From Octopus vulgaris (taxonomy: Eukaryota): DNA of 64,000 nucleotides. Where the stretch lies: assembly GCA_951406725.2 (NCBI GenBank), contig OX597826.1, forward strand, positions 14,694,001 to 14,758,000, read 5' to 3'. The translations under genes were made by a program, and so were the position numbers. Positions 1 through 13,605 of this stretch are shown here, in pieces. The notes below the pieces were generated by a model, which was not told the origin of the DNA, did not search any database, and saw only the letters and a list, made by a program, of their open reading frames with translations. The stretch's first letter is position 1. Each line of letters opens with the position of its first letter.

Positions 1-40
<40 letters not shown>

Positions 41-45
<5 letters not shown>

Positions 46-161
46 TTCATTTTATCTCTTCGTTGTTTTAGTCTGTGGAGAACTTCCGTGGAACTGCGTT
101 GAAGGGTTTTTATCAAACGAATTGAACCTGTACATATTTATCTAAAACCTAGTACTCTCTC

Positions 162-221
<60 letters not shown>

Positions 222-615
222 GTGAAGGCGCATGTGGTTAGAGCGTAGAGCTTACGATTGTGAAGGTTGTGAGTTCGATTCCCGGACCAGGCAGCGTGGC
301 GTGTTCTTGATCAAGACACTTCATTTCACGTTGCTCCAGTTCACTCAGCTGTAGAAATGAGTTGCGACATCACTAGTGCCAAGCTGTATTGGCCTTTGCT
401 TTTCCCTTGGATAACATCAGTGGTGTGGAGAGGGGAGGCTGGTATGCATGGGTGACTGCTGGCCTTTCACAATCAGTCTTACCCTGACTTGTGCCTTGGA
501 GGGTAACTTTCTAGGTGCAATCCCATGGTCATTCATGACCGAAGGGTGTCTCCTACAGTACTATATATAATACTTTGAGCTTTTTGTCTCCAAAATCCAC
601 TCACAAGGCTTTGGT
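41..615 (-). mobile_element. Old, degenerate SINE family A copy, split by a younger SINE (pieces ~41-155 and ~570-615)
   Basis: aaatccactcacaaggctttggtc (~593-616) matches the family A copy at 7822-7845. The 41-155 segment loosely resembles the family A 3' tail. Confidence 0.55.
222..552 (+). mobile_element. tRNA-derived SINE (family C) with CORE-like central domain
   Basis: Pol III A-box-like tggttagagcg and B-box gagttcgattcc, then gtgttcttgatcaagacacttcatttc...cagctgtagaaatga. The head resembles the copy at 25161-25450. Confidence 0.85.
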
Positions 616-1009
616 CAATATAAAATATCTATATTATACACCAATCTGTCTGGCCATGGATTCGCAGCCTAAAATTAGTCCACATGTATAACAGTCTCTA
701 ATTCCGCTGTGTTTCCACATAGCCTCACCGAGTATCTCTTATGCATTGGTAGATGAAAAAAAAAAGAAATTTATAAAAGAAATTCAATTGAACTATTTTT
801 ATAATAGTTCTCGTCGTTTTTATCGCTGTTGTCGTTGTAGTTGCCATTGACGTTGTCATAGTTGTTATTGTTGGTGGTATTGGTTGCGGTGGTGGTATTT
901 AATATTTCTGTTGCTGGCGTTTTCAATGCATTCATGGATTCCAACAGGCTGTTCTTCTTATTCAAGTAGAAATCGCAATTATATTTTTAAATCAAGTCAC
1001 ATACCCATT

Positions 1010-1010
1010 A

Positions 1011-1060
<50 letters not shown>

Positions 1061-1082
1061 TAATAATCATAATAATAATAAC

Positions 1083-1176
<94 letters not shown>

Positions 1177-1263
1177 TGATATGATGATGATGATGATGAT
1201 GATGATTTCAATTACACAAATACGCCATTGCGTCCTTGTGGCAAATGAATTGAAGCACCTCTT

Positions 1264-1350
<87 letters not shown>
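1010..1350. repeat. (AAT)n, (GAT)n, (CTT)n and (ATT)n microsatellites
   Basis: Direct reading. Confidence 0.97.
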
Positions 1351-1351
<1 letters not shown>

Positions 1352-4300
1352 TAAATAACATTAATAATTTAGCTTTATAGGTCAATACATTAAAAAGAAG
1401 TTATTCAAAATTGAAAATAATTACAATAGTACGTTGCACTCCGTCCATCCATATATCCTCCCGACTATATAAAGTCTTCTAAGCCATACTTTACCTCCTG
1501 ACTCAATGTGAGGGTGTATGCGTGTGCATGTGTGTGTGGGGTAGTATGTTTGTGTGTGTGACTGTATGAGAGTGTGTACGTATGTGTTTGTGCGTGTGTC
1601 TGCAAATTGTAAGATACTTTTAAGGCACAAATCAAGATATCTCAGTTCAAATATTACAATATATACAGAATAAAGTGTACAGCATTCAAAGAATTAGTCT
1701 ACAATTATATGCATAACATCGGAATACATACAAAAGACATACATATTAATATTGAAAACAGGGATACAGAAATTAAGACCATTTAAACAAAAATATAGGA
1801 ACCCCGTTCACAACAAATATTTCTAGAACACTATAGAAATCATTACCACGATGAAACAACTCTAAGATCGCCATCAACAAGGAAGTTTGTAGCTCAAAAG
1901 CCTTGACCCAAAACATTTTATCTTTGTCATTTAAAAATATATTTGCAAAATCATAAAGCTAAGCGTAATTAATATCATAGTTAGAACTGTAGCGATATTT
2001 TATCGTTAGATGTAAATTTGACGTCAGATAGCTCTCAGTTCATCTATACTATAATGGAGAAAGCTGCTTATTAATTAGGTATGTAACATTTACTAAAAGT
2101 ACTAAACGAAAGCAATTATTGAAGGGTTGACCGTCTAAATATATTTTTATAAATACTTGTTCTAAGAAATTTCCTATAGTTTTCTCAAGTTCATTGAATT
2201 TTTTAACTCCAACTCTTCGGAAATTTAAATATTCATATCATTCTCTGCGTCCAGTTCTTCACAAATTTAAATAGTCATCACACGGACTGCGGAGTATTCC
2301 ATTTTCCTTTGCAAAGTCTTTAACTTTCCCTTTCAATGTTGTCCTTTCGAGTTATAATTCGCTATTTGGAAAACCGACAGTATATTCTATTAATGTATAC
2401 GTAATGTAAAAACAGTTTTAGAAAGAGAGATTATGACAGTGGCAAAATAATGAAAGCAATATTTACTTAGCAAGTAAGCACTATTGTACAAAGAAATAAT
2501 TAGACGTAAAATATTAAAAATTACTAGAATTGGAAGTCAAATGTGAAAATATTAACAAGTAACAAGCATAAAACCGCCCGGAGGGCAGTCTCTCTGCTAG
2601 TCAATATTAATTATGCTTATACGTATGTGTATGTGCTGTTGTATGTGAGTGCGTGTGTGTGTGTGTGCATGCGCGAGTGCATGCGTGTCTATGCATGTAT
2701 ATGTGTGTGTATGTGCGTGTGAGTGCCTGTATTTGTACTTATGTGTCTGTAGATTATCAGAAACGTCGAATGGCTGCATCTGAGTGTGTATATGTGTATG
2801 TCCATGCATAGTAAAACTAGGTAAATAAATCAGGAGCCAGCTAAAAGCAAATTATTTCTTTGCTGATTGTCCAATCTTTGGCCTCTTTTTCTCCTAAACT
2901 GCAGCACAAATCCGTTTGTGACCGACTTGCCTGCTTTGCTTAAATTATGCCAAATGTATAAAGTCTAACTCCACTCGAGCACTCCTCTTAGACAGATCAG
3001 TTAAAATGTATCGTGACTTTTAGATTTTGTAATCAGCATTAACGCATACTATGTTCATTATAGTTGTTAAGTAAGCAAAATCACTTTACTTGCACATACC
3101 AAAAGAAGCCTCTGGGTCGTTTCTACAGATGGTTTTTCGAAAAAAGCGGCATGCTTCTCATACATGACCAACAATTTCGACAATTCTGATCTACCGTCAA
3201 AGGCATTTTACCTATGACCAAACTATTTTTAATTGTATGTGTGTGTGTATAAACTTGCCAATTTGTGATTCCAAATTTTAAAGAAAGTAGGATGTGATTT
3301 AGTTACTATTTGAAGCTAGTGGAGTGACTACATAGAGCCTCACATTTTCCCCCGTAAGTAATCAGCGTAATATATGGGTGTTTAAGGAAACTCAGTTGCA
3401 TGTTCCCACTGAAGAGGGATACTGAAATCTCTTTTCATATGAGCAATGAAAGTGTTTTATTCTCAACAATTCCGATTTTATTCAGACTGACTATATTTAA
3501 GACTACACGATCCATCAGGTACAAGCATTTAAAAAGTGTAATTCTTGGTTTGAATGAGATTTGACATCTATTTGTTGCATTTTTAGAGAACACACAGAAA
3601 TTTCGTGTTAAATCATGACTTCCATATTTGTAAGATAAGATATGCAGAGTTAATTTTAGCGTCTGTATTGAAATGTGGTTTCAGTTACAAGATTTCCGGT
3701 TACGAAGCTTTCGTTGCAACCATTCTGTACTAGAGTCCTTGATAACAGAAACACTAGCAAAATATATAAATTTGGGACGTATAATTTTTACTGTCTTGAA
3801 AATTACAGGCTAATTGTAAAAGTGCAATTGTTCTGGCTGATAGTATTTCATGTTAAAATCGTTGATTAGGATCAGACATGCCTTGAGAAGAACAAATATA
3901 TCACTGGTCACATATCTGAATAAAAAATTTAGTTAAAGGATCCCGCACTGCAAGACAGATACCTTTCACATTGCAGGTATCTTAGTGGAGCTGCTCTGCT
4001 TGCCATGAATACTGACTAATAGCAATAAAAGCTTTGCCAATCTGCATAAATATTGAGCATTGTACATGTCATTTTAGAATCGAAATATGGTGTGGAAAGA
4101 GTGACATTTTAACGATACTCGTGTAGAAGAGAGAGGGAGAAACAGAAGAACTGGGAGGTTTGAATAGAATCGAATATCCTGGAGGTGGAAGTAAAGAGGA
4201 ATCTATAGTTAATGAGTTATCTCTATATTGATCAATGTATGGACCACTCAGATGACGGACGCAAAATATTCTGTCAGTGGTTTGACGTCAACACCAAAAT

Positions 4301-5191
4301 AAATCATATCTCAATCCTACAATAAGCTGTCTTTATATCTACATCCCCTGTCTTACAGACCTTGGTTTTCCATCATTATCTTTTTCTCCTTTTAATCAAT
4401 CATTCCTCCCTTTCTTTCTCTTTACATTTCTGAATGTTATCATTACCACAGCTATTACTCTTCCGTCTCTTTCTCTCCCTCACTGCCTCTGTTTCACTGT
4501 CAGTTTTTCTGTCTGTCTGTCTGTCTCTGTCTCTCTCTTCATCCAAGGCCTGTTGTCCACTACATTTCCTCTTCTTTCGCCATCATATATTATTTCCGCT
4601 CTTGTCTCAATTGCCCTTTCACCATTCGCTCACACTTTATACTTATTTGTTACCTCTACCTCATATTTTCCCACCAAATGAGGCAGCATCTCTATTCCTC
4701 GTCACGCTATTTTCCGTGATTGCATTTTCGTTAATTGACTGCTAAATTAGTTGGATGATTTCTCTTTGATCTCGTTTAGCTCATTATTAATTTCCTCTAC
4801 GCTTCACGTCTCTGCACAACGTGTCTTAAATCTATTATTGTCAATGAAACATTATACATATACGGATATATCCCTGTTCGTTTCATTTCGTATTCTTCAC
4901 GTTCTTTGCCCATCTAACAGAGATAAAATTTTCATTTTACCTTTACCGTTTGTGTACTGATTTTCCTTCCATATCTCCGATTTTTTCGTGTACACACATC
5001 TATATACTGGCAGCTCCATGCTTTTGACAACATCGGGTGGAAGAATATTATCGAAAGATGTTGAAATCTCGATGATGACAAATCAACAACTGATAAAGTT
5101 AGTGAACAGGATTAAGTCAATTTGTACCATTGTCGTTGTTCTTCGAATATTCTTTTTCTTCATTGACCAAACTTTGAAAACATAGACGCTA

Positions 5192-5263
<72 letters not shown>

Positions 5264-6685
5264 TGCGTATGTGAGTGTGCGCGCGCGCGTGTGTGTGTAT
5301 GTGTTTTGGGTCTCATTTTATAAATATCTTAATTTTCCATTTAATGGATTCTATCTCTGAAGATTAGTACGAATGAAGTAAAAAAAACCTTTTTATCAGC
5401 CATTAGCAGCGTCCTTGTAGATACGATTATATCCACATGCGCTCTAATCCGACTGTTTGATACAAATGACAAGCAACTCAATATATATGATTGTTTACTG
5501 AGGCTTCTTATATTTAACTTGGCATTTTACATGCGTAGATGAAATTTCATTTTATACTCCAAATATACTAATATTTACACATCATAGATGTATATGAATA
5601 GCTATATCAAATATTGGCGAATTATGGAAAATCCTATTGTATTTGACGGTTTGAATGAAATAGCTGAAAACTGTAGCTATTAATTCTTTAACGTATAATT
5701 TATTGTAAGCAGCCATCCACAAAAATATTGCGACAAAAATTCCCTTGTTAGATTTCCTGTAAATTAGCTTATTCACAGAATTTTATTTCAGAGAGTATTT
5801 GCACCTCCCCACGCCAATGATTCGCTTATGAAAAGCAAAAATTCTGCGAAGCATACAGTCAGCAGCCATATATTTCATTCAAAATTTCAGTTGTAGTATT
5901 TTATTCAGTAAAATCTAGATTTTTATTACCAATTCGTACTTGCTTGCTTTCCGTTGCTAAGGCTTATCATAATACAGATATGGCTTCTAGCAGTTACAGG
6001 TCAAACAACCTTATCGAATTTTCTCTTTGGTCACGGCTACTGTACTTTTAATCATTGGTCAACTGAATGAGGAAAGATGTGAGTATTATACAGCAACAAA
6101 AACAACAGTGCTGATTGTGTTTATAATGATGAAACATGCATATCATTTTAATACAAAATTACAGCTAGACTGATCGTTAGTGTTTTGACAGCGAACAAAG
6201 TGCAGTGTCAATGAGAAGATACTTCAATTGATATATTATACTTGCGTATGTTGTGCTATTTACTGTTTCTGCATAACATCGTATTTTTATATGTGTATGA
6301 TATGTTTTATTGGGGTTATGTACTTATAAGACAAAGAGAATAAAGAGAAAACAAATTGATAATACTTATTCTTTAGTGGGCTTCACAAACCAAAATGAAA
6401 TGTCTGTGTTTGCTCCAATATTTACCATCTCAAATCCGTGTTGCCACTTCATCAAATATGTTCTGCGACTTTAGTTAAATCAAATATTTTGCTAAAATAA
6501 TAAGTCCCTAGACAATTCTTTAAATTATTCTATAATACATATGGTAATTCAAGAATAATCGCAAATATACAGAAGTATGTATATTTACAGAGACAGACAC
6601 AGGCAAAAATATGAAAAACGCGTAAAAACTCTTTCCCTCCCCCTTTTCTATTCATCGTATATATAACAGACAATATAGAAAGATA

Positions 6686-6686
6686 A

Positions 6687-6759
<73 letters not shown>

Positions 6760-7038
6760 CTGTTATTTAGTCTAGCTGATACGCAGATGCATAATATTGC
6801 TGCCACAATATTTGTCTTGTGTATATGTTAGTGTGTACATATACACTCAGTTCAATAAATAGATGCATAATTATATGCAAACACGTACTAATGATGTATA
6901 TAGGTACAGATAAGTACATATTTCTACAAATACCTACAAATTTCATTCACAGACGATATGAATGAAAATATAGATACACACACACAGTGTACATCTCAGG
7001 TGTATGTATGTATGTACGTATATATGTATATGTGTGTT

Positions 7039-7074
<36 letters not shown>

Positions 7075-7111
7075 CATATCTATATACATATATAAATACA
7101 CAGGCACACAT

Positions 7112-7198
<87 letters not shown>

Positions 7199-7245
7199 TA
7201 TATACGCACACGTGTATGTACGGATGTATATATGTATGTATGTAA
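6686..7245. repeat. (GATA)n followed by a (TA)n/(CA)n compound microsatellite
   Basis: Direct reading; accounts for the YIYI/HTHT ORFs here. Confidence 0.95.
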
Positions 7246-7536
7246 ATTCACATATCTACGACCTTGCTAGCTGTAAATAAGAACATTGTTTTACACATTC
7301 TCATCTTTCAAAACAAAGAACACTATTTATCATTATGCTTGCGAGTATTTTTATGCCTATGTGTTCGTGCGATAATATATCTATGTCTGTAAGCCCTTAG
7401 GTGTGTGTATTCTTCGCTTAGACTTTTCGGAGAATGTAAACATTCCATTTAGTTCTTTTTCATTTTCATATTTTCCGTATAATTAGTCTATGTTTATTTG
7501 AAAAGCGATTCATTACTATATATCTGATTATGTATA

Positions 7537-7949
7537 TTACTCTTTACTCTTTACTCTTTTACTTGTTTCAGTCATTTGACTGCGGCCATGCTGGAGCACT
7601 GCCTTTAGTCGAGCAAATCGACCCCGGGACTTATTCTTTGTAAGCCCAGTACTTATTCTATCGGTCTCTTTTGCCGACCCGCTAAGTGACGGGGACGTAA
7701 ACACACCAGCATCGGTTGTCAAGCAATGCTAGGGGACGAACACAGACACACAAACATATACACACACGCTTATATATATATATACATATATACGACAGGC
7801 TTCTTTCAGTTTCCGTCTACCAAATCCACTCACAAGGCTTTGGTCGGCCCGGGGGGCTATAGCAGAAGACACTTGCCCAAGATGCCACGCAGTGGGACTG
7901 AACCCGGAACCATGTTAGCAAGCTACTTACCACACAGCCACTCATGTGT
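7537..7949 (-). mobile_element. tRNA-derived SINE family A, near full length
   Basis: Reverse complement of the copies at 31767 and 33966. Has A/B boxes (tggctgtgtggt; ggttcagtccc), an internal (TA)/(TG) tract and an (AGAGTAA)n tail. Confidence 0.93.
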
Positions 7950-8439
7950 ATGAGAATAGCAAAACTGTTGTAGTTTCTGCTATGAGAGGACGGGGGCCGG
8001 ATTTCCATATCCACTTATGTCTTCCATTTCAGTTGTGAATTAGTCTCAAATGGCATTACCCCTATAAAGGTGCAACTTAACACTTCTAATGAATTGAAGT
8101 CGAGAAAGTTAATACTGAGAAATAATAATGAAATTTAAATGTGAAACTTCATATCGACTGTAAGTAATGATGATAGACTTAGTGGACGTAGGAAATTCGT
8201 CTTTTGGTAGTAATCTTAATTTGGAATGCATTAAAATTGTTATTTTCGGTTTCTGCTGAAGTACATATAGATTAGAACAAAGCACAAGATAACAATTAAC
8301 ATTGATGCAGCTAATTAAATCAGTAATTTTACCATCGTACAGAATATATCTTGAGGTCGATGAAGACGACAGTTGAGCATTATTATCAGTCCAGAGACAC
8401 AGCATCGTAGTATCGCAAGAATTTGAACTAACCACAATT

Positions 8440-8650
8440 TAAAGTTAGAGTATGTTGTCAACTTAATGTGACATTCCCATAAAAGGGAAGAATGCTACTG
8501 TTTGGACTTGACACATTTCCTCAATCCTTATGTTTTCAAGATGGAGATAAGCATCTCCACCCAGTAAAGCCAGCATCCAGAGACAAGTTTCAGAGTCATT
8601 GCTCATCATCAGTCTGGAGTAGCATGGCTTGCAAGCTGTCGACGCCTATC
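8440..8650 (-). mobile_element. PLE-derived terminal repeat carrying a hammerhead motif
   Basis: Inverted homologue of 12560-12810; part of it recurs inverted at 8718-8747. Confidence 0.7.
8576..8618 (-). ncRNA. Minimal type I hammerhead ribozyme motif
   Basis: Minus strand: tccaga-CTGATGA-tgagcaatgactct-GAAA-cttg-TC-tctgga. Stem I is 6 bp and the cleavage triplet is GUC; stems II and III carry mismatches. Confidence 0.75.
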
Positions 8651-8749
8651 CGCCTTTGAAAACATATATATTTCAAGTGAAATACATTCACTGATTTTTG
8701 AAAATAGGAATAATACATGGCTTTGCTGGGTGGAGGTGCTTATCTCTTA

Positions 8750-9385
8750 TATTCTTATTCCGTCAAATGGCTACAGTTGGCGACTGAGGAAATATCTGTT
8801 TGCAACGAGGTAATTTTTTCGCAAATGCTGGTAACTTTCTTGCAACACTTTTGAAATGCCAGCGAAATTTCGGTTTCAGTTAATCACTAAAGGAATTCTG
8901 CCATCTACTGTATTGTGTTTGCTAAAATTATGCGTGAAGGTTTGACTATCTTTACTAATCTTAGCTATTTCATTTGCTATTTCCTTTAATCGTGATTCAC
9001 CGTAACAGCGTTTGACATAATGATGTACAAAAGCATTTTCATGTTTCCACTAATCCCCTGTCAGTAAAAATCCGTTTTACCCTCAAAATCTTGGGATTTC
9101 GGATTTGAACGAATAATATGATGTAGATGATCAGAGTGGCAGTGGAGATAAATGTGGGATGACGTGGGCTTGCAAAATAACTCTGTCACTATTCTGCCTC
9201 CAGAAAACTTAACTTCTGTGTCCGAAAATTCAACGTCAGTTTTTGTAAAACTAGACGTAAATTTTATGTTGGACTTAAAACCATAATTTTTGGCATAAAA
9301 GTCACAGAAATGCATAATTTTAGCAAACACACTGCAATAGATGACAGAATTCCTTTAGTGAGTAACTGGCACAGAAATTTCACTG
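8750..9385 (-). pseudogene. Penelope-like element RT C-terminus/linker fragment
   Basis: NIKFTSSFTKTDVEFSDTEV...TELFCKPTSSHIYLHCHSDHLHH matches the PLE pattern IKFT..FLD..KPT..YL...S.HP; RIPLVI follows downstream. 9311-9385 is an inverted copy of ~8860-8933. Confidence 0.8.
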
Positions 9386-9514
9386 ATCCCTCTTATCTAT
9401 TTTATTTCCTTTTTGTATTGAGTCACTAATAATATTAATTTTTTCAGAGGTGTCATCTGCATGAAACATAATATACAAGTCTATTAATAAACGTAGTACG
9501 TTAAAAAAAATAAG

Positions 9515-9790
9515 ACTTCTTCTTTGGCTGTCCGTCGAGATCGGCGTTGATTATTCTTGTTCAGCAATCATCTCTGACAGGCTCGCATCTAGCCTACAAG
9601 GCAATCTCTTGGTCGGCAGTATCGATGACGCCTGCTGCAAGTGAAGATACTTGAGGCAACGGAGAAATGATGCTTCTCGTGTCCTCTTTTGTATTCTTTC
9701 TTTTGTTTCTCCTCAATGGTTAGAATTACGAGCTTCAGCCGTCGGTGCCCTTCATCGCACTCAGGGCCTTCTCCGCCCAGATATCTGAGG
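9515..9790 (-). mobile_element. RTE-clade LINE 3' end (degenerate)
   Basis: Minus-strand translation IFTCSRRHRYCRPRDCLVG*MRAC is a relic C-terminal zinc finger; tail cgatctcgacggacagcc(aag)n. Confidence 0.7.
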
Positions 9791-11533
9791 AGATATCGAA
9801 GTTCTTCATGTTAACTTGAAATAATTGTGTAGTAATACTTTTTCGGCCTTCGTGTCATACCATGTTGGGTCCTAAAAAAAGTACACTTTCAGTTTTATAT
9901 TTCTTGGCAGAGAAAGAGTCACAGCTGGTACCAGAATGTTAATAAGTTTGCTTGATCTACTGCAATAACAGCAATGATAACTTATTGTCTTATAGAAAAA
10001 ACCCATATATGCTGTATCGCAACAGTGGCGGATACAGTGCATTGTAATATTTTCCCCTGACCTGTAGGCAATTCATTTCAAATCAAACCGACATCAACTT
10101 CGATTAATAATCTTCTAGATCGAGAAAGTATGAGCAAAATATTACCCCCAGATCTAGCCTTCTGTATGCACAGGCGTGTACGAAGTGGAACAGTTTGGAA
10201 GCTGTCTATTCCCGTGGCTACATCAACTACAATCATACGTGCGTGTTTGTTTTCGTGCGAGGATTCGTTACGTTTATATACATTATATGCAGATGCACAT
10301 GAATTTAGGGACAAATTCACACGCACACGTACATACATACACGCTTACATTTGTGTGTGTGTGCATATATATACACGTATGGGCACGTATTTATATTTAT
10401 GTCGATATTTATCATTTATGTATATGTCAATTTGCATGTGCGTGTATTTTAAGAACATCGCAGAAGCGATACTCTATATACATTCGTACATCATGTACAT
10501 CATACAGATATACATACACATTTTTATATTGTATCTATGATTCAGGGAAAGATGAATAGATTCTTCAAATAATTACAATACATCAACTATGGCTGATTTA
10601 TCTCTGAGTCTCGTACATTGCTCTCTAGCGATGTGCTATTGTACAAACAAAATTGGGTATAGGCATGTTTGGGAATCTGACAGAAAACTACATTTCTTAA
10701 TAATTTAAATAGATAAATGTGATAAAGATATATTAAACAAACGCGCACACATACAGTATTTGTATTTCATCTTATTGAATCCTATTCTTCATAAAAGTAT
10801 ATGTGTGTGTGTTTGTGCATGTATTCATATGTCTCTGTATAGAAGAGTAAGAAATTAATCATCCAGCCCAAAAATATTACGATCTACTAAGTCTCTCTTG
10901 GTCATAGTATGTTGCTAAGTTCTGTATGCCAAACTGCTCGTCTGATGCATTTGCCATATATTCCTAGGTGAGTTACAGTACAAAGTTCTAAGTGTCTTGC
11001 TTGAAGCCATTTGTCATAAAGTAGACTCCTGTCCTATGATATTATCACTCAACATCTTATCCACTCAGTTATTTAATCTCTCTATATAATTATTTTTCTG
11101 TGCTATAAGCCCGTGTCTTAGTGTATGTACGTGTGTTCATGTATATAAGTATATTCTAAGTTATTATTTTTCACAGAGCATATCTGCAAGAACTGAAAAT
11201 GCGGCGAATAAATTGCCTTCTTCGACGGTTTCCAGTTATTTAAGTTTATCATACTCCGTGCTCAGGAAAGAATTATATGGATACAATGATTATTTTGTCT
11301 TCTTCTTAATGAAGACAGACGACTCTAACCAAAATATTTCATTATTTTTTGCAGGGAATGGTATTTATGTAGTAGGGAAATAAGTGTTTTAAGGACTCCC
11401 GAAGTCTCACACTTGGATTCAATTTTAGGTTTAGATTCAGAGAAATTATTTATGTTTTCTTATACCGTCTCCTTCGGGAAAGAGATATTAAGATGTTATA
11501 CTTAATTTCCTCGAAAACTCTGTCTCTGCATAT

Positions 11534-11627
11534 ATACATACATACATACATACATACATACATACATACATACATACATACATACATACATACATACATA
11601 CATACATACATACATGCATACATACAT
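11534..11627. repeat. (TACA)n microsatellite
   Basis: Direct reading. Confidence 0.97.
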
Positions 11628-11779
11628 TTCATGTTACACTAAGTGGAGTACGGTAAATAAATTTTCGACACGAATCGATTTCAAAATATTACTATTTGGT
11701 TTGACTTCCTTAATTATTTCAGTTTAAACGACTCAAAGCCAGTAGAAATTAACCGGTCCAGATTCTACTTTTGCGGATA

Positions 11780-11812
<33 letters not shown>

Positions 11813-12138
11813 AGGTTTTTCGATAACGATCCCGAAAAGAAGCGCTCAGTTTTAATATTAATGTACATCATAACATTTTATTTATATTATTTTATTTATT
11901 GACCTGTCTGAAGGAACGCGTAGTACAACAGATTTACTGACCAAATGTTAAATACCTCTTGTAGTTTCTCAGCTATGGCAATTTTGGACACAATAAAAAA
12001 GCTACCCGTGACTCGTTGGGTCACCGGGAAATTCTGAATTTTGTTTCGTGGATTTTCTTCTTTTCTGCGTTATTTCGCATGCTTTCAACGAATGTGACAT
12101 CGAAATCACGCGTAAACGGCTCCTTTCTCCAGGAAAGG

Positions 12139-12257
12139 AAAGATTTGGCTGCTATTTCTTGCACGCCTTGCTACCACATACCAGGGATTTCGGGATCTTT
12201 ATCGCAAATAGCTGTTACGTGGTTCCAGGGCGTGCTAGAAATAACAGCCAAATCTTT
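12139..12257. repeat. Imperfect palindrome, MITE-like hairpin
   Basis: aaagatttggctgctatttcttgcacgccttg ... cagggcgtgctagaaataacagccaaatcttt form an inverted repeat; pairing continues imperfectly inward. Confidence 0.75.
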
Positions 12258-12592
12258 GGAGGTGAGATACGTTGAATGCACTAAAAAACAAACATGGAGA
12301 AAAACTATTTCACACCGATCTTACGAGATAGTCACTGTATTTTTGAAGTCATTTTCACTTTAAGATATCATTCAAACATGCCAAAATTTTTTTGTAATGG
12401 TATTCACTTAAAAAATAATTTTTAAAGACAATAACATATTGTCTGTTTAAAGAAAGCTAAAGCTAACATAACAGTAATAGTCTTCAAAGAATGGTACTGT
12501 AATATTTTTGTAGATCAGTGAATGCATTGCACTTGAAATTCTATAAGTTTTCAACAGTGGTTTAGCAGCGACATCTAGCAAGGCCAATCTAC

Positions 12593-12635
12593 ACCAGACT
12601 GATGAAGGGCAATTACCCCGAAGCTAGTATCTGGT
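12593..12635 (+). ncRNA. Minimal type I hammerhead motif (GAAA mutated to GAAG) in a PLE-derived repeat at 12560-12810
   Basis: accaga-CTGATGA-agggcaattacccc-GAAG-ctag-TA-tctggt; the palindromic stem III is typical of PLE hammerheads. Confidence 0.75.
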
Positions 12636-13374
12636 TGCTGGCTTTGTTGGGTGGAGGTGATTATTTCCCCTGTTTGAAAACTTAAGGACGCAGAACGATT
12701 GTGTCACGTAGCCAACTAGAAACGGTGTTTCTTGGGGCTAAATAACAGTAACATTCTTCCCTTTCCTGGAACTGCAACATTAAGTTGACAACATGCCATC
12801 ACTTTAATTCATAGTAATTTCCCATTATGCGCAAGTTTGGCTAGGTAACATTGCAAGCAAGTAAGCAAGATCCAAAGTGACTTTTAATGCATTATAGATA
12901 CATGGAACATAGTTTTTATTCATGTATGGTTACACTGACAGAAAAAGACACCACGGAGAAAAGAAAGGGAGAGACTAATTCCATGAGTCAAAATTATAGT
13001 CTAGATGTATAATGAATTATAGCGGTACCTAATTTATAAAAAGTAATTATCAATTTTGGTAGTCATGATAAAAGCCACCTGCGTTAATATGGGAAAACTA
13101 AGATAGCGTTTTATAGATACCTTTGTATTCTATAATTATAGTTTATCGGCTTTTATGAGGATATAAATATAATGCAGGATATAAATATAAATATAATGAG
13201 GATATAAATATAATTTCAGGTATCGGCAGTACCACCTTTTTAGTAACATTGTTTGCCATACCTGTTTCTCTTTGTCTGTCTCTCTCTATCTCTGTTCTTA
13301 AGGCTTCTTTAAAAATTCATGCAGACTTTTAAATTATATATAATTCCCGTATAACTCACGGTCATAAACTGTAA

Positions 13375-13605
13375 GGCGGCGAGCTGGCAGAAACATTAGC
13401 ACACCGGGCGATATGCTTAGCAGTACTTCGTCTGCCGCAACGTTTTGAGTTCAAATTCCGCCGAGGTCGACTTTGCCTTTCATCCTTTCGGAGTCGATTA
13501 AATAAGTACTAATTACGCACTGGGGTCGATATAATCGACTTAATCCGTTTGTCTGTTCTTGTTTGTCCTCTCTGTGTTTAACCCCTTGTGGGTAGTAAAG
13601 AAATA
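13375..13605 (+). mobile_element. tRNA-derived SINE family B (Deu/Nin-like core), full length
   Basis: Head ggcggcgagctggcag, B box gagttcaaattcc, core gcctttcatcctttcgg..gtcgat..aataagtac. TSD ggtcataaactgtaa / ggtcgtaaactgtga. Confidence 0.92.

Noticed and set aside
222-300. tRNA gene
   Set aside because: It has A/B boxes but no proper acceptor stem and continues into a SINE body; the same applies to the other SINE heads.
3977-4030. Possible terminal exon followed by AATAAA
   Set aside because: Too short to distinguish from chance in AT-rich DNA.
7537-7722. Recurrent ORF MTTDAGVFTSP... (also at 31985 and 34186)
   Set aside because: It lies inside SINE family A copies, so recurrence reflects the repeat rather than a protein family.
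10174-10238. Possible exon (cag|...VYEVEQFGSCLFPWLHQLQSY|gtgcgt)
   Set aside because: Short, open in several frames, no recognisable homology and no partner exon.
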